The notes: generated by a model from the sequence alone, not told the origin. 64,000 bases of DNA from an uncultured Methanomassiliicoccales archaeon (GCA_942492955.1 OW818644.1:706327-770326); one strand, 5' to 3'; shown: positions 19,614 to 31,292, numbered from the stretch's first letter. Translations and numbers: made by a program.

Positions 19614-20498
19614 TTGAAGAACACAAGGATCGTTTCAACTGACGAATCCAAGGCGCTTCTGATCACCATCATATCGAGCGCTATGCTTGGCTCTTCATAC
19701 GTGGCTGCCAAGATGGGTGTCGGGAACACCGATCCATTTCTGTTCGGGGCCGTGGCCATGGGCATAGGCACCCTGGTAATCCTCACATTCATGGCCTGTA
19801 GAGGTTCATTGAAACTCTCCATGTTCAAGAGGTGGGAGTTCTGGATTGCTCCTGTCCTGAACACCGTCGTGGTCGCCTGCCAATATATCGGGCTGACCCT
19901 TACCACTGCTGCAGTTGCAGGGTTGATCGTGGGCTCGAACGTCATCTTCGTCGCAATATTCTCCCGCATCGCCTTCAAGGAGAAGTTGGGCATCAACCGT
20001 ACGATCGGCCTCATCATCGGCTTCCTCGGACTTATCACGCTGACCACCAAATGGGACCTGACCGCCCTGAACGTGGATCAACTGGTAGGAGACCTGCTGA
20101 TCCTCGTCTCTGCGATCTTCATCGGGCTGGTGGTCATCATGTCGCGTGTCGCGCTCAAGAACATGGAATACGACCAATGGTCGTTGAGCCTGCACATGTT
20201 CCTGCCAGCGACATTGATGATCTTGGCGCTGACAGTCGGGAATGTGGCAAACTACAGCGGGGACGTCCTGCCCCTTATGATATATGTCGGGATCATGTGC
20301 TCCACGGTGCCTACCATGCTATGGGTGAAGGCGCTGAAGCACATCAGCGTGGTCACCTCGGCGACCGTGCTGATGCTGGAATCGACCTTTGCCGTGGTGC
20401 TCAGCTTTTTGGTGCTCGGGGAACAGATAGACCAATTCGTCATTGTCGGCGCACTGCTTACGTTCGTCGCCATCGTGTTCGTGGCAAAAGAGAACTAG
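19614..20498 (+). CDS. EamA/DMT-family transporter
   Basis: 294 aa with about 10 hydrophobic helices in two EamA-like halves. The ORF-track start is TTG. Confidence 0.75.
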   Translation: MKNTRIVSTDESKALLITIISSAMLGSSYVAAKMGVGNTDPFLFGAVAMGIGTLVILTFMACRGSLKLSMFKRWEFWIAPVLNTVVVACQYIGLTLTTAAVAGLIVGSNVIFVAIFSRIAFKEKLGINRTIGLIIGFLGLITLTTKWDLTALNVDQLVGDLLILVSAIFIGLVVIMSRVALKNMEYDQWSLSLHMFLPATLMILALTVGNVANYSGDVLPLMIYVGIMCSTVPTMLWVKALKHISVVTSATVLMLESTFAVVLSFLVLGEQIDQFVIVGALLTFVAIVFVAKEN

Positions 20499-20530
20499 AA
20501 AGGAAATGGAAAACGGTTTCTGAAAAGAAA

Positions 20531-20602
20531 CTACTTCTTTTTCTTCTCATCCTTCTTCTTGTCCTTGTCCCCGCCCTTGGGCGCGCATTTACCACATGCC
20601 AT
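20531..20602 (-). CDS. Small ORF, 23 aa: MACGKCAPKGGDKDKKKDEKKKK
   Basis: Below the ORF-track cutoff and found by eye. The ATG at 20602..20600 is preceded by GGAGGTG (20615..20609) at 6-nt spacing. A TTTATAA box lies about 32 nt upstream of the ATG, and the stop is TAG at 20533..20531. Confidence 0.45.
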   Translation of the reverse strand: MACGKCAPKGGDKDKKKDEKKKK

Positions 20603-20712
20603 ACGATGCACCTCCTTTGGGGTCTTCACTTATGTTATAAACGATTGGCCATGACAATGATAAATCTTCTCGTCAGAATGGCAAGTGTTGATCGGAAGGT
20701 GAAGATCGTGCG

Positions 20713-21138
20713 CTATTCGCATAAGGAAGGTTCATTGATGGACTTCAGTACCTTCTTGAGCTGAAAAACAATCTCATCCATCTCATCGCCGGTCATCGGT
20801 TTGACCAGATATCCGTTCACGCTGCTGGCCTCCGCCCTTCTCCGGTCCAGCGGCGACGTGGAACCGCTGTAGATGACCACTGTGACGTCCTGATCCTGGC
20901 GGCGTATGAACTCCAGCACTTCCTGGCCATTCCGCTTGGGAAGGTTCAGGTCGAGCAAGACCAGGTCCGGCGTGCTTTTTGTTCCATTGCTTATCGCTTC
21001 GAAGTAATCGATCGCGGCCTTCCCATCCTGGAGCCTTATGACCGAGACCGGATATCCGGTATCGTTCAGGTATTCGCATGCCAGATATGCATCGGCGGGG
21101 TTGTCCTCAATCAGCAGGACTTCAAGAGACCTATGCAT
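20713..21138 (-). CDS. Single-domain response regulator (CheY-like receiver)
   Basis: Motifs are VLLIEDNPAD, DLVLLDLNLP (phospho-acceptor Asp) and NGYLVKP. Confidence 0.9.
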   Translation of the reverse strand: MHRSLEVLLIEDNPADAYLACEYLNDTGYPVSVIRLQDGKAAIDYFEAISNGTKSTPDLVLLDLNLPKRNGQEVLEFIRRQDQDVTVVIYSGSTSPLDRRRAEASSVNGYLVKPMTGDEMDEIVFQLKKVLKSINEPSLCE

Positions 21139-21538
21139 CTAATTCCCTCGCACCTATTGAGAAATGGATCCTAGCACCGTTTCCGATCTTGGACCCTGCG
21201 AACAACTTTACTCGGTGGCATTCGGTCTTCTTGTCGATGACCAGATCGGCCCGTGTCCTAAGCCAATGCTCCATCACAGAACATGTCTGGCCATATCCTT
21301 TTCGAAATCCTGCATCATATCGGATGCCGTTGTCAACTACGGTGAACTCCCTCATGTCGAAGCCCTGGGTCGCGGTAAACGTTATCTTCGCTTGATTCGG
21401 GTCCATGGAATTCTGATCACATGACCTGGTTCTGTGGAACCGGACCATCTGTGATCCATCCGCAAACATTTCTGGCATTTGAGCATCTGTTATATAATCT
21501 TCATTTCCTGATAGAGCGGTATTTGAAACAGAATTCAA
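21131..21538 (-). CDS. Hypothetical protein, translationally coupled to the response regulator
   Basis: 135-aa ORF. Its TAG stop (21133..21131) overlaps the first codons of the receiver gene by 8 nt. I recognise no family. Confidence 0.45.
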   Translation of the reverse strand: MNSVSNTALSGNEDYITDAQMPEMFADGSQMVRFHRTRSCDQNSMDPNQAKITFTATQGFDMREFTVVDNGIRYDAGFRKGYGQTCSVMEHWLRTRADLVIDKKTECHRVKLFAGSKIGNGARIHFSIGARELDA

Positions 21539-21916
21539 TGATATCGGTAATTCACCTAAAGTCTACAGTTGGAAGGAACTCATTGATCAAGTAAATTCAT
21601 CCCTATTGACCAATCATCGAGTTTTGCAGCAAAGAAGGGTCGGTGAAAGGTCACAGGGTGTCGGCTCTGAAAACCCTCACCGACTAGGATATTTATCCAT
21701 CGCTAATATCTAATCGCTCGCATTAATCGCAGCGAAATAAATCCCAATAATCCGCTATTATCACGAAACAGAACACTTAGTTTCACATCTCAGAATGATT
21801 GGTTTTGATTAAAATTTCACTATCTGGCTATGATAAAAATACTGAAATCAATAGTGATAATCGTCCGATTTGCATTATATACCCTAAAATGGCGTCCTTA
21901 GCTTAGGTGTCGGAAA

Positions 21917-22279
21917 ATGCACGCTCTCGAAACATCGAGGTTATTGACAGAGGAGTACTCTGCAAAGATACTCCTAGCCACAATGGGAAAGCCAAAAAGC
22001 GCATTCGAACTGAGTGACAAGCTCGGTATACCGATAGCCGCTTGCTACCGCAAGATCAAGCTGCTCGAGGATTCCGGTCTAATGTTCTGTGCGGAAAGGA
22101 GGCTTACCCAGGCAGGGAAGAGGATCAGCATGTACAAGTCGAACGTTAGAAATGCCCAGATCGTATTCGAAAGGAACAAGATCAGGGCCAAGATCGAGAT
22201 GATCGACGGTACTACCCAGGATGCTTCGTACGATATCGATATGTCCGCATTCCTGGAGATGGCAAAACAGCCCGCCTGA
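21917..22279 (+). CDS. Winged-helix (ArsR/TrmB-like) transcriptional regulator
   Basis: 120 aa. The segment AKILLATMGKPKSAFELSDKLGIPIAACYRKIKLLEDSGLM has an HTH-plus-wing pattern. Confidence 0.65.
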   Translation: MHALETSRLLTEEYSAKILLATMGKPKSAFELSDKLGIPIAACYRKIKLLEDSGLMFCAERRLTQAGKRISMYKSNVRNAQIVFERNKIRAKIEMIDGTTQDASYDIDMSAFLEMAKQPA

Positions 22280-22316
22280 GTCGAAAGAGCTAGAACAACA
22301 GGGAGAATGCATTTTC

Positions 22317-22344
22317 CCTTCCCGTGCTTTCCTCCGGGAAGGGC
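22317..22344 (+). terminator. GC-rich hairpin downstream of the wHTH regulator gene
   Basis: CCCTTCCCG (22317..22325) pairs with CGGGAAGGG (22336..22344) across a 10-nt loop, followed by a pyrimidine/T-rich tract. It starts 38 nt after the stop codon. Confidence 0.4.
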
Positions 22345-22870
22345 TCTTCTCCCTTTGATCAATATTCATAATGGAAAATGCTCGGCGGTCAATGATGAAG
22401 TCCAGTTGAACCAGTTGACCGCCAATGGCTCAATAACCCTTGATAGTAAGGCGAATTCTTGCCGTTCATCGACCTGCCTCAGATCCAAGTAACGTGCCGG
22501 ATGATCATCCCATCAGACCGGTTGATGCCAATTTTCATCGACCTAGGATCGGTTTCGGAACAAACGAACTCCGATGCTTCAATCTGCAGGAATAAGTACT
22601 TGAAGGACAAGTAATGACCACGGTCAGCAAGCTCTTCAGAAAAACCGGACAATAATGCGGAAGGCATGACCAATTGCAATACAATGGTACGAATAACGTA
22701 TAGTAAGTACGCATTAGTACATAATATTGTATGAAATCGTCATCTATCGTTGTGTATTCTCGAAAGGTTTAATTATCCCTGTGGACCTGAATGGCCTCGG
22801 CGTGCTTTCGAGATAGGGGATATGCTTCGTCGCAATTCCCAGGGAAGCGGCCGAACCCGGAGGATAAGGG

Positions 22871-24850
<1,980 letters not shown>

Positions 24851-24929
24851 TTCCGTAAGGCTGAGGGAAGGGTCACCAAGAATAATATAGAGGTTCGACC
24901 TGCCAGGGATGCCAAGGGAACCACCCTTG

Positions 24930-26420
24930 ACCCCCTAATACTCCTCTCTGAGGAGATCTTCTAAAACCTCTATGTTAAAATGGGGCCTACTCGGCCTCTC
25001 TTATTCTTTTTCTAACCTCTTGATTCTTTCGCATATTTGCTGCCGATTTGATCTGAGCGGACAAACCTCTATCCGCGGTTCTCCCGCACTATGGCCGCTC
25101 CGTCCATTGTCTTGGATGTGCCCCAATCCTCTTAACGCGGTTAGGCCGCAGGTTTATGCACGGGGTTGTATCCATGACTGTGATAAGGCTCGTTGTTCTG
25201 GAGCATCCAGAACAATACGTGCAGCAGCTTCCGAGCTGCTGCCGTGGTAGCCTTCTGTTTTCCCCTCTTCTTCTCGATCTTGGAGTGGAACTTCGATAGC
25301 TGGCTATCCGGATTGTATCGTTTGTGCACGTGTACGGACTCGATCAGGATCCATCGAAGGTGCTTCGAACCTTCCTTGCTTATTGCTCCATAATGTACCG
25401 TCGAAGCGGACTGGCTGACCGTCGGGGTCAGCCCGGCATAGGAGCTGAGATGCTCCGGGTCGGGGAAACGGCGTATATCGGCAATCTCCGCCCAGATCAA
25501 TAAGGCTCCGTAATATCCGATGCCAGGGAATGAAGAGATGAGCTGAGCCTCGGGTCGTTTCTGATACTCGACGTACAACCTCTCGTTCATCAATTCGATC
25601 TGTCCCTGGATAGCCTGGATGCAATCCAGGTTGACGTTGATCGTGACGATGTTAAACGATCTCATCCATTCGATCGATTTGTCCGTGAAAGGAGATTTCA
25701 GGTGGTCCGGTCTCCGGATCCCTCTCCTGGTCAGTTCTGAGTGGACCTTGTTCTTAAAGCTGGTCGAGCGTTGGACAAGGAAGGTCCTCTGCCGGACCAG
25801 CTGGCGCAGGTCCCGGATGTCCTTGCTCGGGATGTACGAGCAAGGCACGAGATCCGCCCGCAATAGATGAGCCAGTGTCCTAGCGTCGACCTTGTCCGTC
25901 TTGATCTTCGCCTCGGCGATCGCTCTCACTTTCAAAGGATGTGCCAGCACCGCTTGGAATCCTCTCCGTTCGATCCCCTCGTAGATGAACTCCCATATCC
26001 CTGTAGATTCGAGGACGAACTTCGCGTCCTCGAATCTATCTAGGAACTCATCCAGTGCGTCGTTCGTTGAAAGGAACTTCTCGTTAGAGAGTTCCTTTCC
26101 AGTCTCATCCAGCACGCTTGCCTGACAAAATTCTTTATGTACGTCCAGTCCTACATATAGCATGGTCTTCTCGCCTCGTTTTGGTTGGCGCTAATACATT
26201 GGCGAGAGGCCACATTTAATCATACCATCCTCTTAGGACATCACCCTCCGCTTAGTTTTCTACATCCATCAATCCCAACCCAACTGAGTTCAAATCAAAT
26301 GATAGGTGGATCGACCAATCACGATGCGGTCAGCGCTCATCCCTTGAAGGAGATGTCGCGACCATGATTCTTCGACAAATCTCCAGTATGAATCGGTTAC
26401 AACCATGTTCGAGATTGCCA
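24930..26420 (-). mobile_element. IS110-family insertion sequence (boundaries approximate)
   Basis: The transposase ORF has about 200-250 nt of non-coding sequence on each side, between acs and copB. I could not identify inverted repeats, which is usual for IS110. The ends are guessed from spacing only. Confidence 0.4.
25141..26163 (-). CDS. IS110-family (DEDD) transposase/recombinase
   Basis: MLYVGLDVHKEF at the N-terminus. The C-terminal SFPGIGYYGALLIWAEIADIRRF block is typical of the IS110/IS1111 family. Confidence 0.9.
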   Translation of the reverse strand: MLYVGLDVHKEFCQASVLDETGKELSNEKFLSTNDALDEFLDRFEDAKFVLESTGIWEFIYEGIERRGFQAVLAHPLKVRAIAEAKIKTDKVDARTLAHLLRADLVPCSYIPSKDIRDLRQLVRQRTFLVQRSTSFKNKVHSELTRRGIRRPDHLKSPFTDKSIEWMRSFNIVTINVNLDCIQAIQGQIELMNERLYVEYQKRPEAQLISSFPGIGYYGALLIWAEIADIRRFPDPEHLSSYAGLTPTVSQSASTVHYGAISKEGSKHLRWILIESVHVHKRYNPDSQLSKFHSKIEKKRGKQKATTAAARKLLHVLFWMLQNNEPYHSHGYNPVHKPAA

Positions 26421-26604
26421 CTGACGTCGAGGCGTACTAACCGCCTTCAAATGAAAATTCAATATACCGCCTAGTAAAATAAATCATCATGCAATATGAG
26501 CGGCCCTGTTTCTGCGTGCAACATCGTCCTCATTGGCGGAATCCTAGTTTCAGCGCTAGGAGTCGAGATGAGCGTATGAACACCAGGCCACTAATGGTAT
26601 TGAA

Positions 26605-28626
26605 ATGAAAGATGACCCGCACGAACATCAAGCCTCCAAGGACGGCAGCCCGGCGCCCAGTGGCCAAGCTGATCATCGATCCCACGGAGGCCATTCAAAG
26701 ATGCTCAGAGATTTCAGAGACCGCTTCATCCTCTCCTCTCTACTGACCATACCTATACTCGTGCTATCACCGATTATCCAATCATGGTTTGGTTTTACCC
26801 TTAGTTTTCCCGGCTCTGACCTTCTCCTATTGATCCTTTCTTCCGTCGTTTACCTATATGGCGGATATCCATTCCTGAAGGGCATTTGGGAGGAGCTCTC
26901 CAAGAAGCTCCCGGGTATGATGACCCTTATAGCAGTTGCGATTTCAGTAGCCTATTTCTACAGCGTTGCCTCGATCCTTGGAACTTATGGTGACGTCTTC
27001 TTTTGGGAGCTCGCCACGCTCATAGACATCATGCTTCTTGGCCACTGGGTGGAGATGCGTTCAGTGATGGGCGCATCGAGAGCGCTGGAAGCCCTGGTCA
27101 GGATCATGCCCTCCGAGGCACATCTGATCAAAGCTGACGGTATCTCCGACGTTCCTTTGGAAATGCTGAAAGTGGACGATAAGGTCCTGGTGAAGCCGGG
27201 TGAGAAGATCCCGGTCGATGGTGCAGTGATCGAAGGGGAGAGCTCGGTCAACGAGTCGATGCTGACCGGCGAATCCAAGCCCATAGCCAAGAAAGTTGGT
27301 GACGATGTCATCGGAGGGGCCATCAACGGCGAGGGATCCATTACTGTCAAAGTAACGAAAACGGGGAAGGACACCTATCTGAACCAAGTGATCTCACTGG
27401 TGAAAGAGGCTCAGGAAAGCAAGTCGAGGACCCAGGACCTTGCCAACAGGGCAGCGCTTGTGCTAGTGATAGTAGCCATCGGAGCAGGAGTGTTGACACT
27501 GTTCGTTTGGTTGCTGCTCGGCATGGGGGGGCAGTTCGCGATGGAACGGGCGGTCACCGTCATGGTCATATCATGCCCTCATGCGTTGGGTCTCGCGGTC
27601 CCGTTGGTTGTCGCCGTCTCCACGGCGCTGGCCGCCAGGTCTGGGCTCCTCATTAGGGACCGGCAGGCCTTCGAACGGGCAAAAGATCTCCAGGCCATCA
27701 TCTTCGACAAGACCGGAACGCTAACCGAGGGCAAGTTCGGCGTGACTGAAGTAATTCCCTTTACCGGCCGTGAAGAAAATGAAGTGCTGAGCATCGCCGC
27801 TGCCTTGGAAGGCAGGTCTGAACATCCAATTGCGCTGGGAATCATAACCAAGGCAAATGAAAGAGGCATCGACCTGCTCCCTGTCCAGGACTTTCGAGCG
27901 CTGTCGGGTAAGGGAATTGAAGGGACCGTCGATGGAAGGAGGGCATCCGTAGTATCACCCGGTCATGTTGTCAGCCTTGCATCAGGCTTTTCATTTCCGG
28001 CAGCGGAAAGGGCAATGAACGAGGGAAAGACGGTCGTGTACATCCTTCTTGATGACGCACCGATCGGGGCGATAGCTCTGGCGGACATCGTTCGGCCGGA
28101 ATCCAAGGAAGCCGTCACCCGCCTCAGGTCCATGGGGTATCGATGCATTATGCTGACGGGAGACAACCAAGCTGTCGCCCGCTCTGTCGCCGAGGAGCTC
28201 GGTCTGGACGAATATCATGGGGAAGTGCTGCCCGACCAAAAGGCCAAGATAGTCCGGGAGATCCAGGAGAAATATACCGTGGCGATGGTGGGGGACGGAA
28301 TAAACGACGCTCCGGCATTGGTCCAGGCCGATGTCGGGATCGCCATCGGTGCCGGCACGGATGTGGCAGTGGAATCGGCGGACATCATCCTGGTGCGAGA
28401 CGACCCAAGGGATGTCGCCGGGATCATGTCCCTGTCAAAGCGGACCTATTCCAAGATGCTCCAGAACCTGATCTATGGAACGGGGTACAATGCTTTCGCC
28501 ATCCCCATCGCCGCAGGGGTTCTCTACAACTATGGAATATTGCTGACCCCGGCGGCCGGGGCTGTGCTGATGAGCATCTCGACCGTAGTGGTAGCGATCA
28601 ACGCAAGAACGTTGAGATCCGGTTAG
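26605..28626 (+). CDS. copB: Copper-transporting P1B-type ATPase, CopB-like
   Basis: His-rich N-terminus (HEHQ...HRSHGGH), CPH motif in [18 protein letters not shown] and [10 protein letters not shown]. Confidence 0.9.
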   Translation: MKDDPHEHQASKDGSPAPSGQADHRSHGGHSKMLRDFRDRFILSSLLTIPILVLSPIIQSWFGFTLSFPGSDLLLLILSSVVYLYGGYPFLKGIWEELSKKLPGMMTLIAVAISVAYFYSVASILGTYGDVFFWELATLIDIMLLGHWVEMRSVMGASRALEALVRIMPSEAHLIKADGISDVPLEMLKVDDKVLVKPGEKIPVDGAVIEGESSVNESMLTGESKPIAKKVGDDVIGGAINGEGSITVKVTKTGKDTYLNQVISLVKEAQESKSRTQDLANRAALVLVIVAIGAGVLTLFVWLLLGMGGQFAMERAVTVMVISCPHALGLAVPLVVAVSTALAARSGLLIRDRQAFERAKDLQAIIFDKTGTLTEGKFGVTEVIPFTGREENEVLSIAAALEGRSEHPIALGIITKANERGIDLLPVQDFRALSGKGIEGTVDGRRASVVSPGHVVSLASGFSFPAAERAMNEGKTVVYILLDDAPIGAIALADIVRPESKEAVTRLRSMGYRCIMLTGDNQAVARSVAEELGLDEYHGEVLPDQKAKIVREIQEKYTVAMVGDGINDAPALVQADVGIAIGAGTDVAVESADIILVRDDPRDVAGIMSLSKRTYSKMLQNLIYGTGYNAFAIPIAAGVLYNYGILLTPAAGAVLMSISTVVVAINARTLRSG

Positions 28627-28637
28627 TCCTTTTCGGG

Positions 28638-30503
28638 TCACTTCGACCAGAGGTCCATCGTGACCATGTATGTGTCCTCGACCAACCTGGCCTCGACCTT
28701 CAGCCCAGTTCGGTAGAACATGTCGAGCATGCGGAAGTTCTCAGACAATAGCTCAGCGGTGAACGCCCTGACTCCCTTGTCCTTTGCGATCTTGATCAGC
28801 ATGTCCATGAACTGCATTCCGATGCCTTTGTTCTGCCAACGGTCCACGACGACGAAGGCGACCTCAGCGGTGTTGCTGTTCTTGTCGACATCGTACGACG
28901 CCATGCCGATCACATGGAAGTGGTCCGCGTCCTTGGTCATGGCGATCACCGTGATCGAACCTTCATAGTCGATGTCGATGAGACGCTGGATCTCCTTGCG
29001 GGGCATCTGCTTCTTCGGACCCATGTAACGCTGGTACATGGTCGCTTCAGACAAGGAGTAGAACATCTCCTTGATCAACGCCTCGTCGGTGATCTTCGAA
29101 GGCCGGAAGTACACCTCCACGCCTTTCATCATGAGGACCGCTTCGTATTGCTCCGGGTATATGGTCCCGGTGAAGGTCATCCCCGAGACGTCCTTGAAGA
29201 TGTAACCGAGGGATTTGGCATGCGCCAGCAGCTGCGGGCGGAACTTCGGGTGGGCGATGGAGATGAGGGCCAGCGCCCGCTGCGATATGCTATTGCCATG
29301 AAGTTCGGCGATGCCGTACTCCGTCACAACGAAGTGCACGTCCCCCCTTGTGGTCGTGACCGCTGAACCGGCATCGAGCGTGGGCATGATCCTAGAGACC
29401 GAGCCGTCCTTGGCCGTCGATGGCATGGCGATGATGGGCTTGCCGCCCCTTGACCGGGCGGCACCGCGCATGAAGTCCACATGGCCACCCAGCCCAGAGA
29501 AGAACTTGTTCCCGAGCTGGTCGGCACAGACCTGACCCGTAAGGTCCACTTGCAATGCCGAGTTGATCGAGATCATGTTGTCCAGCTGTCCGATCACGCA
29601 CGGATCGTTCGTGTATGACGACGGACGCATATCGATGACCTCGTTTTCATTGATGAAATCGTAGACGTGCTGTGTGCCCATGACGAATGAGGCGACCACC
29701 TTGCCCTTGTCCCGGGTCTTCCGGGACCCGTTCACGGCGCCAGACTCGATCAGGGAGACCAGACCATCGGAGAGGAGTTCGGTATGAACGCCCAGGTCCT
29801 TCCTTTTTGCCAGGTATTTTATCGCCGCATCTGGGGTAGAACCGTAACCGATCTGCAATGTCGCCCCGTCCGGGACCAGGTCGGAGAGATATTTGCCGAT
29901 CTTGCTCAGGACCTCGGACTTCTCCTCCCTTTCCGCCTTCCATTGGAATATCGGCTCATCGTATTCGACGACGTAGTCGATCTCGGACAGGTTGATCAGC
30001 GAATCGCCATGCGTCCGGGGCATGTTGTGATTGACCTGGGCGATGACGATGTCCGCGTTCTCAGCGGCTGATTTCGTGATGTCCACGGACACGCCCAGCG
30101 AGCAATCGCCGTTGGCGTCGGGTGGTGAAACTTGGATCAGGGCCACGTCGATGACGATCTTCCCCGAATCGAACATCCTCTCGATCTGCGACAGGTTCAC
30201 GGGAGTGTAGTCTGCCCGACCGTCGTTGACCGCCAATCGCACATTTGGACCGATGAAGAAGGCGTTCAGACGGAACCGGTCATTGAACCGTTCCTCGTTA
30301 TAGGGCATGAGGCCGAGGGAGAGCGTCTGAACGATCTCGTTGTCCCCCAGATTCTCCGACTCGGCGATCAAGGCCTTGACCAGCGCCTGGGGTTCTCCGC
30401 AGCCTGTGCCAATGAAGATGGTCTTTCCGCGACCTATGGAGCGAACGGCGTCTACTGCCGTGGTGGTCTTCTTTCCAAAGGTCTTCTTCCGATCTTTCGC
30501 CAT
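28638..30503 (-). CDS. Fusion protein: acetyl-CoA hydrolase/CoA-transferase-family domain + C-terminal Pat-type GNAT acetyltransferase domain
   Basis: The N-terminal ~440 aa are Ach1/Cat-like (TGCGEPQAL, HGDSLINLSEIDYVVE). The C-terminal ~170 aa carry YQRYMG...IDIDYEGSITVIAM...AEVAFVVVDRWQNKGIGMQFM, which matches the GNAT signature of protein acetyltransferase Pat (RFF...IDYDREMA...AEFAV.V.D.WQG.GLG). Confidence 0.8.
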   Translation of the reverse strand: MAKDRKKTFGKKTTTAVDAVRSIGRGKTIFIGTGCGEPQALVKALIAESENLGDNEIVQTLSLGLMPYNEERFNDRFRLNAFFIGPNVRLAVNDGRADYTPVNLSQIERMFDSGKIVIDVALIQVSPPDANGDCSLGVSVDITKSAAENADIVIAQVNHNMPRTHGDSLINLSEIDYVVEYDEPIFQWKAEREEKSEVLSKIGKYLSDLVPDGATLQIGYGSTPDAAIKYLAKRKDLGVHTELLSDGLVSLIESGAVNGSRKTRDKGKVVASFVMGTQHVYDFINENEVIDMRPSSYTNDPCVIGQLDNMISINSALQVDLTGQVCADQLGNKFFSGLGGHVDFMRGAARSRGGKPIIAMPSTAKDGSVSRIMPTLDAGSAVTTTRGDVHFVVTEYGIAELHGNSISQRALALISIAHPKFRPQLLAHAKSLGYIFKDVSGMTFTGTIYPEQYEAVLMMKGVEVYFRPSKITDEALIKEMFYSLSEATMYQRYMGPKKQMPRKEIQRLIDIDYEGSITVIAMTKDADHFHVIGMASYDVDKNSNTAEVAFVVVDRWQNKGIGMQFMDMLIKIAKDKGVRAFTAELLSENFRMLDMFYRTGLKVEARLVEDTYMVTMDLWSK

Positions 30504-30812
30504 CTTTGAACCTGTCCGTTGTTAGCCACAACGGAACCGGACGTTTAAATTGTTTTCACTATGGTTATTGATTTCCGGGCGGCGTCATCATCATTGACCG
30601 TCGAACAATCGTTGAAAGAACGTATCAATCCATAAATTAAAAATTAATTGCTGCATAACAATATTGTTGATTACATTATTACATTTGTAAATTATTATAT
30701 TATTTTGATTCAATTTTGAAGGATTAATATTAATTATTAAATAGATACTGATGCGCTTCTAAAGCGACTTTGTCTTAAGAGTTGAAGATTCGGTCTCACT
30801 CATATCAAATAA

Positions 30813-31292
30813 TTGATGGTCTCAGGTGTTAGTCGAACGAGGGAGATTGGAAGTATCCCCGTTCATAAGGTGAAGGATATGGATATCGACCCCAAGAAAG
30901 AAATCAAAAAAGGAATTGAGGAAGTCGTGGACAAAGTACCGAAAGAAGATCTGGGTAAGGTCAGGGATGTCAAGGATCCTTTGACCCGGGTTGAATCTGA
31001 GATACGATCCACCGCTGATAAGGAACTCAGGATCGAGGAATCTCCACCACTCGAGCCAAAGCAGTTGAATGATATGGAAATCGACCCCAAGAAAGAAATC
31101 AAAAAAGGAATCGAGGGCGTCGTGGACAGAGAACCGAAAGAAGATCTGGGTAAGGTCAGGGATGTCAAGGATCCTTTGGCTCGGGTTGAATCTGAGATAC
31201 GATCCACCGCTGATAAGGAACTCAGGATCGAGGAAACTCCACTCAAGCCGAAGCAAGTGAAGGACAAGATCGTTCAGGAGATACAGCGGTAA
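30813..31292 (+). CDS. Lys/Glu/Asp-rich protein made of two near-identical 65-aa repeats
   Basis: The ORF-track start is TTG/ATG at 30813/30816. The ATG at 30879 is preceded by AAGGTGA and coincides with the start of repeat 1, so it is a plausible true start. Confidence 0.55.
   Translation: MMVSGVSRTREIGSIPVHKVKDMDIDPKKEIKKGIEEVVDKVPKEDLGKVRDVKDPLTRVESEIRSTADKELRIEESPPLEPKQLNDMEIDPKKEIKKGIEGVVDREPKEDLGKVRDVKDPLARVESEIRSTADKELRIEETPLKPKQVKDKIVQEIQR
30876..31265 (+). repeat. Tandem direct repeat, 2 x 195 bp, in-frame
   Basis: Copy 1 is 30876..31070 and copy 2 is 31071..31265. The two are roughly 90% identical by eye. Confidence 0.9.

Noticed and set aside
22280-22870. A 590-nt spacer upstream of acs containing short ORFs (22307..22492 on + and 22479..22679 on -).
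   Set aside because: Neither ORF has a convincing start or SD (TTG start, odd composition). I cannot fold or identify an ncRNA by eye, so the spacer is left unannotated.
30640-30790. A roughly 150-nt stretch of very high A+T content, considered as a replication-origin unwinding element.
   Set aside because: No orc1/cdc6 gene is adjacent and I could not find repeated ORB-like boxes. The stretch lies between two divergently transcribed genes, so promoter DNA is the simpler explanation.
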